Of a DNA stretch of 64,000 nt, positions 18,335 to 28,168 are shown piece by piece. A model generated the notes under the pieces. The model made no database searches and was not told the DNA's origin. It worked only from the letters and a program-made list of their open reading frames with translations. Each line of letters opens with the position of its first letter. The first letter of the stretch is position 1. A program made the translations under genes and the position numbers. The stretch is taken from positions 10,702 to 74,701 of the forward strand of contig CAYUAG010000002.1 of assembly GCA_964442615.1 (NCBI GenBank), given 5' to 3'. The stretch is from an uncultured bacterium (lineage in GTDB: Bacteria; Zhuqueibacterota; QNDG01; CAYUAG01).

Positions 18335-21205
18335 TCACTCTTCATCATCACTATTGTAGTCAGGATATACCTTCTTCATACACTCAGGACAGAGACCATG
18401 ACTGAATTCTGCCTCAGAATGATCCCTTACATACTCATCAACCTGCTGCCAGTAACCCTGATCATCCCGAACTTTTTTACATTTGGCACAGATGGGGAGC
18501 ATTCCTTTCAATGTTTTTACATTATCAAGTGCATATTGAAGCTTCTGGATAAGCTTTTCCCGTTCCTTTTGTACTTTCTTTCTCTCTTTATTCTCCTGCT
18601 TTAAATCTCTATTTATTCTATTAAGTTCTAATGTTCGTTTTTTCACCTGTTCCTCAAGCTGAATATTTTTTCTCCGTATTTGATAGGTCCTTAATTTATA
18701 AATAGTTATAGTAATTATTCCAATAACGATAAACACTAATACTTGAAACACTTCCGTCTTCCAAAATGGAGGTTTTACTTTTATTTTTACTCTAGCCTCC
18801 TCAGAATTCCAAATACCATCACCATTGGAACCTCTCACCCTGAAGGTATATTCACCAGGTTTAAGATTCGTATAGGTAACAAACCGCCTTGTTCCGACTT
18901 CATTCCACTGGTCATCGAAATTATCCATTTTATATTTATAACAGTTCTTTTCTGGTGATTCATAATGGAGTGCTGCAAATTCAAACGAGATTACTCTATC
19001 CTTGTATGAAAGATTAATTAAACTAGTTTCAGTAATCGATTTTTCTAAAATGACCCTGCCGCGAACCGGTTCACCTATAGGTACTGATTTATTATAAATC
19101 TGGAAATCGGTAAAAACAACCGGAGGAACAAAGGGATTATTACGAATATTTTCAGGATAAAAACGATTGAATCCTTTAATACCCCCAAAATACATTTCAC
19201 CTTTTCTGGTCTGGCAGCAGGCCCCAATATTGAACTCATTGCTCTGCAGACCATCCTCTGCATCGTAATTTCTGAATGTTTCTGTTTCAGGATCAAAACA
19301 GGACAAGCCTTTATTACTGCTCAACCAAAGTCGTCCTTGTCTATCTTCCAGGATACTGTAAATCAAATCATTGGGAAGACCATCCTTAGTGAGATAATAA
19401 GTAAATGTTTCCTTCTCGGGATCGAACCGGTTAAGCCCACCTGAAGTTCCTATCCAAAACCGACTAGAATTGTCTTCGTATATACTTAATACTTCATTGT
19501 TACTTAAACTTGAAGGATTATCAGAATCAGCCAGATATTGGGTAAATTTCTTCGAGGCACGGTTGTATCTGTTGAGTCCTTTTAAAGTGCCAACCCAAAG
19601 GATACCAGAACGGTCTTCATAAAGTGAATAAATAAAATTACTGCTCAAGGTTAATGGATCCTTTGGATCATTTATAAATGTTCTAAATCTTGAGCGATTT
19701 TGATCAAATTGATTCAGTCCATCCTCGGTTCCTATCCAAAGTGTACCATACTGATCTTCACATATCACTCTGATATAATTACTGCTTATACTTTCGGAAT
19801 TAGTTCTGTTGTATTGGTAATGATAGAATACTTCTCTTTTCTGATCAAATCGATCCAAACCACTCCCATAGGTTCCGACCCAGAGTACTCCAGATCTATC
19901 CTCATATACTGCTCTTATCCGGTTATTGCTAATACTCCGCTTATTTTTCGGATCATATTCAAAATGGCTGAATTTATTTGTTTCTGGATTTAATCTATTT
20001 AATCCTCCACCATAAGTGCCCAACCAGATTATTCCTGACCTGTCTTCAATAATTGAATAAACCATATCATTACTTAAGGTGTTCGAATTATGAGGATTTG
20101 CCTGATAGCATAAAAACTGCTTTTTCTCTTGATTGTATTTATTCAGTCCTACATCTGTACCTATCCAGATAATATTTGATCTGTCCTGGTATATTGAGTA
20201 GACCTCATTATTGCTTAAATTCTGCGAACTATGAGTATCTCCTTTGTAAGAAGTGAATTGTTCTAACTCAGGATTAAACCAATATATACCATTACCCTTT
20301 GTCCCAATCCACAATATCCCATGAATATCTTCTTCAATAACAGTAATATCATGACTGTTTAATCCTGATGATTCACCCTGGTAATAAGTATAACCTATAA
20401 ACTGTTCCTTCTCTCTTAAAAAACGATTTATAATTCCACCAGCTGTACCAATCCAGAGTCTGCCGTATTGATCTTCAAAGATAGAAGTAACCTTATTACT
20501 GCTGATACTCCGATTATCCTGACTATTGTATCGATAGCACATAAAATCAGAAAAATCCTGAGAATTATAAGCTGACCTGAGTTTATTCAATCCTCCTCTA
20601 TTGGTTCCCACCCATAGAACTCCAAATCGATCAACATAAACAACATTGACATTATTGTCACTTAAGCTTTTCTGATTATCTGGATCGTGCTTGTAGCAGA
20701 TGAATGTCTCAGTTTCTGGATTAAATCTATTGAGCCCGTTTTCTGTACCGATCCAGATATTTCCTTCTTGATCTCTACAAAGAGATTGAATAAAATTGCT
20801 GCTTAAAGTATTCTTTTCTTTTGGATTATTTCTGTAATGAAAAAATTGTTTTTTCTCAGTATCAAATTTATTTAATCCACCACCATAGGTACTTATCCAA
20901 AGAATATTTTTTTCTTTTTCATAATCCTCACAGATATCACTGATATAATTATAACTAATACTGTAAGGGTTCTGGGGATCATTACGGTAGATGTAAAACT
21001 TATATCCATCGTACTTATTCAATCCGTCTTCAGTCCCAAACCACATAAATCCCTGGTTATCTTGGAAAATGCAGTATATTGAACTCTGAGACAGGCCATC
21101 CTCAATACTGAGGTATTGGAATTTAATATTGCTTTCCTGACTAAATACAGTGGTGAATATGAAAATACAAATAAATCTACATAACAATTTGAAATAACCA
21201 ATCAT
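18335..21205 (-). CDS. Periplasmic double beta-propeller / Y_Y_Y sensor with one TM, a coiled coil and a C-terminal CxxC...CxxC module
   Basis: 956 aa. The N-terminus is hydrophobic. About 14 repeats of the two-component-regulator-propeller type follow (IWIGTxxGLNRF...). The Y_Y_Y domain is YKYKMDNFDDQWNEV...YTFRVRG and the TM is VFQVLVFIVIGIITITIY. A K/E-rich coiled coil leads into LPICAKCKKVRDDQGYWQQVDEYVRDHSEAEFSHGLCPECMKK. Confidence 0.8.
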   Translation of the reverse strand: MIGYFKLLCRFICIFIFTTVFSQESNIKFQYLSIEDGLSQSSIYCIFQDNQGFMWFGTEDGLNKYDGYKFYIYRNDPQNPYSISYNYISDICEDYEKEKNILWISTYGGGLNKFDTEKKQFFHYRNNPKEKNTLSSNFIQSLCRDQEGNIWIGTENGLNRFNPETETFICYKHDPDNQKSLSDNNVNVVYVDRFGVLWVGTNRGGLNKLRSAYNSQDFSDFMCYRYNSQDNRSISSNKVTSIFEDQYGRLWIGTAGGIINRFLREKEQFIGYTYYQGESSGLNSHDITVIEEDIHGILWIGTKGNGIYWFNPELEQFTSYKGDTHSSQNLSNNEVYSIYQDRSNIIWIGTDVGLNKYNQEKKQFLCYQANPHNSNTLSNDMVYSIIEDRSGIIWLGTYGGGLNRLNPETNKFSHFEYDPKNKRSISNNRIRAVYEDRSGVLWVGTYGSGLDRFDQKREVFYHYQYNRTNSESISSNYIRVICEDQYGTLWIGTEDGLNQFDQNRSRFRTFINDPKDPLTLSSNFIYSLYEDRSGILWVGTLKGLNRYNRASKKFTQYLADSDNPSSLSNNEVLSIYEDNSSRFWIGTSGGLNRFDPEKETFTYYLTKDGLPNDLIYSILEDRQGRLWLSSNKGLSCFDPETETFRNYDAEDGLQSNEFNIGACCQTRKGEMYFGGIKGFNRFYPENIRNNPFVPPVVFTDFQIYNKSVPIGEPVRGRVILEKSITETSLINLSYKDRVISFEFAALHYESPEKNCYKYKMDNFDDQWNEVGTRRFVTYTNLKPGEYTFRVRGSNGDGIWNSEEARVKIKVKPPFWKTEVFQVLVFIVIGIITITIYKLRTYQIRRKNIQLEEQVKKRTLELNRINRDLKQENKERKKVQKEREKLIQKLQYALDNVKTLKGMLPICAKCKKVRDDQGYWQQVDEYVRDHSEAEFSHGLCPECMKKVYPDYNSDDEE

Positions 21206-21718
21206 TTCACAATTAAAATTTCTTTAATAAAAATATTTTAAAATTAACAATAATACTTTTCAAAATTTTTTGTGTGTATAGTTCATTTACATTAGACAGT
21301 AAACTGAGTTATTTATTTAAAATCCTTTAAAAACAATATAATGTATCTAACTTTAATTGTTAGAAAAATTATAAGCTATTACCATCTGTCTCGTATAAAT
21401 CAATACCCCATCTTTTAATAATTATATTAACTTTGAATGAAAATAGTATAAAGCAAAATCAATGCCACAAATATTCTCACTTATTTTATTTTCATGAAGA
21501 TTACTTCTCTCTCTTCTCTTATTTTTTGACAATTATTAAAAGCAATCCAATTTTCTCAAAATACTACCTTACTATAAGAAATAAATTTTAATACTCCAAT
21601 AAAATAAATTCTACCCTAAAACTTTTTTATTTATACCTGCGTCTTTATAACAGTAAATAAACTTTTAAAAATTGATAGTTTATTAAATAATTTAAAATTT
21701 AAAAAAATGGAGGTCAAA

Positions 21719-22687
21719 ATGAAAACTCAAAAATTTTTATTCATAATAATTCTTATCCTTACTCTGGTACTGGCAGTGGGAAATGTATTAGTATACAGTT
21801 CCGAAAAAAAAGATGAAGGGTATCTTGGAATAGCCATATCTAATTTGGATGAATCTGAAATTAAAATTTCCGGAATCACCTATGGTGTGATAGTAACCGG
21901 GGTTATGGAAGACAGTCCCGCGGAAAAAGGGGATTTACAGCAGTATGATGTAATTCAGGAATTTAATAATCAAAAAATTGAAGATACTGAAGATCTTTAC
22001 GATATAGTGCGAGAAACAGAACCAGAAACAAAAGTAACTATTACTTTCTTACGAGAAAGCAAGAAAAAAAGTACAGAAGTAATCCTGGGAAAGAGAAAAA
22101 TCTATAAAAATTTCTTCCATTCTTCTCATCCCTTGAATAAATTTTTCTTTATGCGTATGGGAAACTATCTGGGAATACATATACAGGAACTGAATCCAGA
22201 TCTTGGTGATTATTTTGGTGTGAAAGAAGGAGAAGGTGTACTTGTGCTTTCAGTTATGGATGACAGCCCTGCAGAAAATGCAGGTATGAAAGCTGGCGAT
22301 ATAATCATCCAAATCGGAGAGGAAAAAATCGAGGATCCAGAAGATGTATTGGATACAATCTCTGATTATGATGAAGGCGAAAAAATAGATATAACTATTA
22401 TGCGGCATAAAAATAAAATGACTCTTCAAGTGGAACTCGAAGAGGACTATAAGGAAGATATCGATATTTTTAAATGGCATGGACAGATGCCGGGAAAACA
22501 CTTAAGAATCTTTGGTAATAGATGGAGACCCCGATCTTTTGATTTTGATATTGAAATGGACAGTGATCCTGAAATCGAAAAAAATATTAAAAGAAATATT
22601 ATAAGATTAAAAGATAAACAAATACTATTAAAAGACAGGTTAAGAAATAGAATAAAAAGAGTTCAAAAGAAAATTATCAGTATCTAA
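21719..22687 (+). CDS. Secreted/membrane-anchored tandem-PDZ protein
   Basis: It has two PDZ-like segments (GVIVTGVMEDSPAEKGDLQQYDVI; GVLVLSVMDDSPAENAGMKAGDIII) and an N-terminal hydrophobic helix. No protease domain is present. I set the start at the second ATG (MKTQKF), which has a GGAGG 5 nt upstream; the ORF track begins at 21707. Confidence 0.8.
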   Translation: MKTQKFLFIIILILTLVLAVGNVLVYSSEKKDEGYLGIAISNLDESEIKISGITYGVIVTGVMEDSPAEKGDLQQYDVIQEFNNQKIEDTEDLYDIVRETEPETKVTITFLRESKKKSTEVILGKRKIYKNFFHSSHPLNKFFFMRMGNYLGIHIQELNPDLGDYFGVKEGEGVLVLSVMDDSPAENAGMKAGDIIIQIGEEKIEDPEDVLDTISDYDEGEKIDITIMRHKNKMTLQVELEEDYKEDIDIFKWHGQMPGKHLRIFGNRWRPRSFDFDIEMDSDPEIEKNIKRNIIRLKDKQILLKDRLRNRIKRVQKKIISI

Positions 22688-22726
22688 ATTAAAAATGTTT
22701 GAAATCTATACAATATATTCATAGAA

Positions 22727-22795
22727 TTCACAGGAAAATAAAAAATATTTATTTCATATTAACCTCACACTAATTTCTCCTGTGAACTTTTTTTC
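22727..22795 (+). terminator. Possible intrinsic terminator after the PDZ gene
   Basis: ttcacagga(22727-35) pairs with tcctgtgaa(22778-86) and is followed by T7 (22788-94). The loop is unusually long at ~42 nt, so confidence is modest. Confidence 0.4.
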
Positions 22796-22973
22796 TTATG
22801 GGGCAAAGCCCATCTATTGTAGGCTCCGGTTAAAATGAAAATCGTAAAAGGGTGAAACAATATAATCCCTAATTCCCCTTATGAGGAGGACTTTTAGTTT
22901 ATTCCATTAAAATATTTGATATGGAGTGTTAGAAAAAATGTTCACATAACTATGTCAAAAAAATAAATATATC

Positions 22974-23160
22974 TTCTTAGTGTCTTTGTGTGAAAATTTA
23001 TTTTTACATCCAAGGGTACAGAGAAGAGGACTAAGGGGGTGAGGTTGAAAAAAAATTATAATGTGTTCTTAGTGCCTCGATGCTTTTGGGTGAGAATAAA
23101 ACATCTCACCCAAAACTCCAAAGAACACAGTGAAGAGGACAAAGAGGGTGAGTTAGAAAA
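22974..23160. repeat. Two tandem ~92-nt units (conserved ends, each with an internal hairpin) in the convergent gap downstream of dnaE
   Basis: Both units start with TTCTTAGTG (22974, 23066). They end with ACAGAGAAGAGGACTAAGGGGGTGAGGTTGAAAA (23018-51) and ACAGTGAAGAGGACAAAGAGGGTGAGTTAGAAAA (23127-60). Unit 2 contains a perfect 12-bp hairpin, ttttgggtgaga/tctcacccaaaa (23084-23115). Confidence 0.6.
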
Positions 23161-23161
23161 C

Positions 23162-26100
23162 TCATCCCTCAATCCAGACATTTTCTTTACCCAAAATACT
23201 CCTCAATCCTTCTAACACCTCAGGGGTGGGATTTATTTTATACCTTTCTGATTTAAGAAGAAAATCACTACCATTATCTGACTTTATGTTCAAAAATACA
23301 GGACAATTACCAGGATATCTTGCAAATAATCTAAGTATTTCTTTAACACTCGACTCCTCTAATCTCCCTGGATTTACTGCGACCGAAAGCTGTCTTACAA
23401 ACCGGTCTCTGGCATGTTCAATAGAAATAATTTCATCTGCAAGAATAGAAACATTTCCTCCTTCACTACTAACATCACCATTACCTAGTATTACAACCAT
23501 ACTGTCATCCTGAATTATATTCTTATATTCCTCATAAACTTTCGAAAATACAATAATCCGCACAGAACCGGTAAAATCCTCAAGCATAAAAAAAGCCATT
23601 TGATTCTTATTTCTATCAAAACGCAGACTTGTATTATTTATTACACCACATACTCTTACTTTTCGGCTCGATTTCATTTCTAATAGTTTCCCAATCTCCG
23701 GATCTGCAAATGAATGAACCTCATCTTCATATTTTAAAAGCGGATGTCCAGATACATATATTCCTAAAAGCTCTTTTTCATTAGTGAGCTTTACTGACTC
23801 TGGCCAATCCTCAATCTGAGGAAGATCCACTTCCACCTGCCTGTTTAAAATATCACTATCAAAAATTGTTGTCTGCGCTGCCTTACTTTCCTGCTGAAAA
23901 GCCTGCCCCATACTTAAACTTTTCCCCACCATAGCCATTTTTTGAGCCCTGTTTCCCTCCACTGAATCCATTGCTCCTACTTGAATCAAACTTTCCAAGA
24001 CTTTCTTATTAATCAACCTTAAATTTACACGCTGACAAAAATAAAATATTGTCTTGAATTTTCCATCTTTCTGGCGAGCTTTTACTATTGATTCAATAGC
24101 ACTCAATCCCACATTTTTTACTGCTCCAAGTCCGAATCTGATATTCTCACCACTAACAATAAAGTTAGACATACTCTCATTTATATCAGGTGGTAAAACC
24201 TTTATCCCCATACGTTTACATTCATTAATAAGCACCACGATGCGATCTGGATTACCCATTTCACTGGTAAGATTGGCAGCCATAAACTCTTTTGGATAAT
24301 AAACTTTTAAATAAGCGGTCTGATAAGCAACAATTGAATAACAGGTCGCATGTGATTTATTAAAACCATATCCGGCAAATTTTTTAATGAGTTTATATAT
24401 TTCCCTTGCTGTTTGCTCATTTATATTATTTTCAACCGCACCTTTAAGAAAAGCATCCTCTTGTTCTCTCATTAATTTCTTATTCTTCTTACTTATTGCC
24501 CATCTAAGAATATCAGCTTCACCAAGATTGAAATTAGCAAGTTTACTTGCTATTTGTATTACCTGTTCTTGATACACAATTATTCCATGGGTTTCTTTAA
24601 GTATCTCTTCCATGTCAGGGTGGATATATTCTACTTTCTTTTTTCCTTTACTCTTTGCAATGAAATCATCAATCCATTCCATTGGACCTGGACGGTAAAG
24701 AGCATTCATTGCTATAAGATCTTCAATACACTTGGGCTGTAATTTTTTTAAATACTCCCGCATCCCGCTACTTTCAAACTGAAAAATACCTATGGTCTCT
24801 CCCTTGGAAAAAATTTTATAAATCTTTTCATCATCAAAAGAAATTAATGAAAAATTAATTTCTTCTCCATTATTATTAACTGCCTTTAATGTATGATCAA
24901 TCACTGTTAATGTTCTCAGACCAAGAAAGTCCATTTTTAAAAGACCAACTTTTTCTAAGGATTTCATGTCATACTGAGTGGTTACTTCTCCATTAGAAGG
25001 TTGAAAAAGGGGTACATATTTTATAAGCTTATCTGGTGCAATAACAACACCTGCTGCATGAGTAGAAGCATGTCGGGCTAATCCTTCTAAAACTAAAGAA
25101 ATATCTATTAATTCTCTATGAACCTCGTCTTTTTCATATACATTTTTAAAATCAGGTACGTTTTCCAAGGTGGTTTCAAGATCAGTATGTGGAGGAATAA
25201 GTTTTGCAATTCTATCTACCTCACCATAGGAAATTTTTAAAACTCTGCCTACATCTCTGATAACTGCTCGGGCATTCATCCTCCCAAAGGTAATAATCTG
25301 AGTTACATTTTCTTCTCCATACTTTTGCCTGACATAATCAATTATCTCATCACGTTTTTCGTAACAAAAATCAATATCAATATCAGGCATATTTACTCGC
25401 TCTGGATTAAGAAAACGTTCAAAAAGCAGGCCAAACCTCATGGGATCAACATCAGTAATTCCTAATGTATAAGATACTAAACTTCCTGCTGCCGAACCTC
25501 TTCCTGGTCCTACTGGTATTGAATGTGCTTTTGCAGTATCAATAAAATCCTTTACAATGAGAAAATAATCAGCGTACCCCATCTTATTTATAATATTAAG
25601 TTCATGATCTAAACGCTCCCTTAACTCAGTAGTGATCTCAAAAAATCTCTCTCTTAATCCCTCCTCTGCCTTCTTTTTAAGATACTCTTCAAGATTAGAT
25701 GTGCCCTCATTTTCAGGAATTTTAAATTTAGGCATATAATGGGTATCAACATCAATTTTAACATTACATTTTTCCGAAATTTCCAATGTATTTTTCAAGG
25801 CCTCAGGTAAGTCCTTAAAAACTTCAGCCATCTCTCTAGGAGATTTAAAATACATCTGATCAGAACTGAACTTTAATCTAGAACTATCATCCCGGTTTTT
25901 GTTGGTTTGAATACATAAAAGAACATCATGAGCTACTGCATCTTCCTGCTGAAGATAGTGAGTATCATTTGTGGCTACAACAGGAATATCCAATTCTTTA
26001 GAAAGTGTTAATAGCCCCTTAATAGCAATCTGCTCTTCATTCAATCCATGGTTCTGTAATTCAAGATAAAAATTCTCCCCGAAAAGTTCTTTGTAATACT

Positions 26101-26584
26101 GTGCTGCTTTTAATGCACCATTATAATCGCCCTTAATAACTTTAGAAGGAATCTCACCTTTAATACAGGAAGAAAGCACAATTAATCCCTCTGAATATTT
26201 TTCAAGTACTTCCTTATCTATTCTTGGTTTGTAATAAAAACCTTCCAGATAACCGATAGAAGTCAATTTCATCAAATTTTTATACCCCTGATTGTCACTT
26301 GCAAGAAGTAAAAGATGATAGGAAGTAACATCCTCTGCCCCTCTACTAGCCTTATCAAAACGTGACTTAGGTGCGATATATGCTTCACAGCCTATTATCG
26401 GTTTTAAATCTGCATCCTTCATATTATTATAGAATGATACAGCTCCAAACATATTACCGTGGTCTGTAATAGCAAATGCCTTCATTCTATCCGTTTTGGC
26501 TTTCTTTATCATTTGTGGAATTCTGCAGGCTCCATCCAAAAGGCTGAAATGGGTATGATTATGCAAATGTACAAATTCAGTCAT
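23162..26584 (-). CDS. dnaE: DNA polymerase III alpha subunit
   Basis: 1140 aa. It has the N-terminal PHP domain (FVHLHNHTHFSLLDG), the palm/fingers motifs (PDIDIDF, GLLKMDFLGL) and a C-terminal OB-fold region. Confidence 0.97.
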   Translation of the reverse strand: MTEFVHLHNHTHFSLLDGACRIPQMIKKAKTDRMKAFAITDHGNMFGAVSFYNNMKDADLKPIIGCEAYIAPKSRFDKASRGAEDVTSYHLLLLASDNQGYKNLMKLTSIGYLEGFYYKPRIDKEVLEKYSEGLIVLSSCIKGEIPSKVIKGDYNGALKAAQYYKELFGENFYLELQNHGLNEEQIAIKGLLTLSKELDIPVVATNDTHYLQQEDAVAHDVLLCIQTNKNRDDSSRLKFSSDQMYFKSPREMAEVFKDLPEALKNTLEISEKCNVKIDVDTHYMPKFKIPENEGTSNLEEYLKKKAEEGLRERFFEITTELRERLDHELNIINKMGYADYFLIVKDFIDTAKAHSIPVGPGRGSAAGSLVSYTLGITDVDPMRFGLLFERFLNPERVNMPDIDIDFCYEKRDEIIDYVRQKYGEENVTQIITFGRMNARAVIRDVGRVLKISYGEVDRIAKLIPPHTDLETTLENVPDFKNVYEKDEVHRELIDISLVLEGLARHASTHAAGVVIAPDKLIKYVPLFQPSNGEVTTQYDMKSLEKVGLLKMDFLGLRTLTVIDHTLKAVNNNGEEINFSLISFDDEKIYKIFSKGETIGIFQFESSGMREYLKKLQPKCIEDLIAMNALYRPGPMEWIDDFIAKSKGKKKVEYIHPDMEEILKETHGIIVYQEQVIQIASKLANFNLGEADILRWAISKKNKKLMREQEDAFLKGAVENNINEQTAREIYKLIKKFAGYGFNKSHATCYSIVAYQTAYLKVYYPKEFMAANLTSEMGNPDRIVVLINECKRMGIKVLPPDINESMSNFIVSGENIRFGLGAVKNVGLSAIESIVKARQKDGKFKTIFYFCQRVNLRLINKKVLESLIQVGAMDSVEGNRAQKMAMVGKSLSMGQAFQQESKAAQTTIFDSDILNRQVEVDLPQIEDWPESVKLTNEKELLGIYVSGHPLLKYEDEVHSFADPEIGKLLEMKSSRKVRVCGVINNTSLRFDRNKNQMAFFMLEDFTGSVRIIVFSKVYEEYKNIIQDDSMVVILGNGDVSSEGGNVSILADEIISIEHARDRFVRQLSVAVNPGRLEESSVKEILRLFARYPGNCPVFLNIKSDNGSDFLLKSERYKINPTPEVLEGLRSILGKENVWIEG

Positions 26585-26589
26585 AGATT

Positions 26590-27330
26590 TTATCGTTTAT
26601 CCCTTCCGGAATTAAATTTTACTAATTTATTCCAGTCTATATCACCATTATCAAGACAAAAATCATTAGCAAATTCTTTTGTAAATTTATTAATCATTTG
26701 ACTATAAGAACGCATATAGTCTTCATTCCGTTCTTTAGCTTTATATCCAAGTGGTTGTATTATTTTCTTGTATAAATCTTCTTCGCCTGATATAAATTCC
26801 CATAACATCTGTCCACAATACTTAAAATAATCTCCTTTATCTGGATTATTATCCCTACCATAGCAACATCCATTTACAGCACGAACCAAAATTCCAGAAT
26901 TACTTGTTCTTAATGCCTTTTTTGCTTTAATAAAATCAACTTTCATTTTGGCTATTTGGCTACTGTTACCCCAATTAGGGCCAGATTTAATTGTTACAAT
27001 GTAACGATATTTATCTTTATCAAATTCAAGGTCTATGCCTGTTATACCAGATTTTCGCCCATCATAGACTTTTTGATTTATAAATACAACAAGTCCTTCA
27101 AGCCAATCACCAAATATTGCCTCTTCATTCGAAGAGATAAAAGCATCTGTCAGTCCTTTAATAATTTGTTCTGCTGTCAAAAGGTACTTCGCTTTAAATA
27201 AATAAGGATTCTTTCTACGAAGAACTGTTTTCAATTTTAGTCTTTTTAGACTGTTAATTCGTTTTTGATGAAAAACAACAATATTATCCTTAACGTATTT
27301 TGTAACGTCTGTTATTTTTAGTTTTTTCAT
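26590..27330 (-). CDS. Putative type II restriction endonuclease (partner of the adjacent methyltransferase)
   Basis: The call rests mainly on context: it overlaps the methyltransferase 3' end by 41 nt and has no similarity to housekeeping families that I recognise. I set the start at the ATG at 27328-27330 (MKKLKITDV), which has an AAGGA RBS; the ORF-track start at 27357 is a TTG. Confidence 0.5.
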   Translation of the reverse strand: MKKLKITDVTKYVKDNIVVFHQKRINSLKRLKLKTVLRRKNPYLFKAKYLLTAEQIIKGLTDAFISSNEEAIFGDWLEGLVVFINQKVYDGRKSGITGIDLEFDKDKYRYIVTIKSGPNWGNSSQIAKMKVDFIKAKKALRTSNSGILVRAVNGCCYGRDNNPDKGDYFKYCGQMLWEFISGEEDLYKKIIQPLGYKAKERNEDYMRSYSQMINKFTKEFANDFCLDNGDIDWNKLVKFNSGRDKR

Positions 27331-28168
27331 ATTTTTCCTTTGGTTCAAATAAAACAAGCTTTGTTGGTTCGACTTCTCTTTTTACCATTTCATAATATTC
27401 AAAAATTATATCTATTCCTATTGAATTCCTATTCATTCTCTGAGCAACAATATTTGTAGTTCCTGATCCCATAAATGGATCAAGTACAGTATCACCTGGT
27501 TTGGTAAAAAGTTTAATAAACCATTCAGGTAATCCTTCGGGATATGCAGCACTATGATTTCTATTATTACATTCAGTAGCTAAATGTAGGACATTAGTTG
27601 GGTATGCTTTATCTCTTGTAAGCCAGTTTGATATATTTTTGCCAAAACCGCTACCAACTTTTGAACTATCTCTGGTTTTATCTTTTTCACTTAAATTTTT
27701 TAATCTTGTTTTTGCCCAATCACCCATCGGTACCATTACTTCTTTTTGATACATATTAAATTTTTTCGCCTTATTAAATTGAAGTAATCGTTCCCAAGCA
27801 TCTCTAAAACGATTTGGCCATTTTCCAGGATAACAATTTTTTTTATGCCAAATAAATTCTTCAGTCCATAACCATCCTTGTTCCCTCATTTCAAGTATCA
27901 ATTCAATAACATATGTGCTTCGTTCTCCGTTTAGAACTCTTTCTTTAATATTTAGAATAAATGTTCCAGTCGGTTTCAAAATCCTAAGTAGTTGTTCCGA
28001 TATTGGCAAAAACCACTCTACAAATTTATTTGGATGAATTCCTCCATAAGTATTTTTACGTTGATCAGCATAAGGTGGTGAAGTGATAATTAATTCTACT
28101 GAATTATCGGGTATATTCTTTAGTATTTCCTTACTATCTCCCAAATATAAATAAGTTTTTATCTCCAT
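27290..28168 (-). CDS. Beta-class DNA methyltransferase (N4-cytosine or N6-adenine)
   Basis: 292 aa. Motif IV is IITSPPYADQ near the N-terminus and motif I is DPFMGSGTT near the C-terminus, which is the beta permutation. SPPY favours m4C but is not decisive. A strong GGAGG RBS is present. Confidence 0.9.
   Translation of the reverse strand: MEIKTYLYLGDSKEILKNIPDNSVELIITSPPYADQRKNTYGGIHPNKFVEWFLPISEQLLRILKPTGTFILNIKERVLNGERSTYVIELILEMREQGWLWTEEFIWHKKNCYPGKWPNRFRDAWERLLQFNKAKKFNMYQKEVMVPMGDWAKTRLKNLSEKDKTRDSSKVGSGFGKNISNWLTRDKAYPTNVLHLATECNNRNHSAAYPEGLPEWFIKLFTKPGDTVLDPFMGSGTTNIVAQRMNRNSIGIDIIFEYYEMVKREVEPTKLVLFEPKEKYEKTKNNRRYKIR

Noticed and set aside
22797-22905. A GC-richer patch with GGGGCAAAGCCC and GGCUCCGG, reminiscent of c-di-GMP-I (GEMM) riboswitch fragments.
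   Set aside because: The spacing and the second conserved half (ACGCAAAGC...CCGG with paired P1/P2 helices) are missing. No gene lies downstream in the right orientation. Only a 5-bp hairpin (ATGGG/CCCAT) can be drawn.
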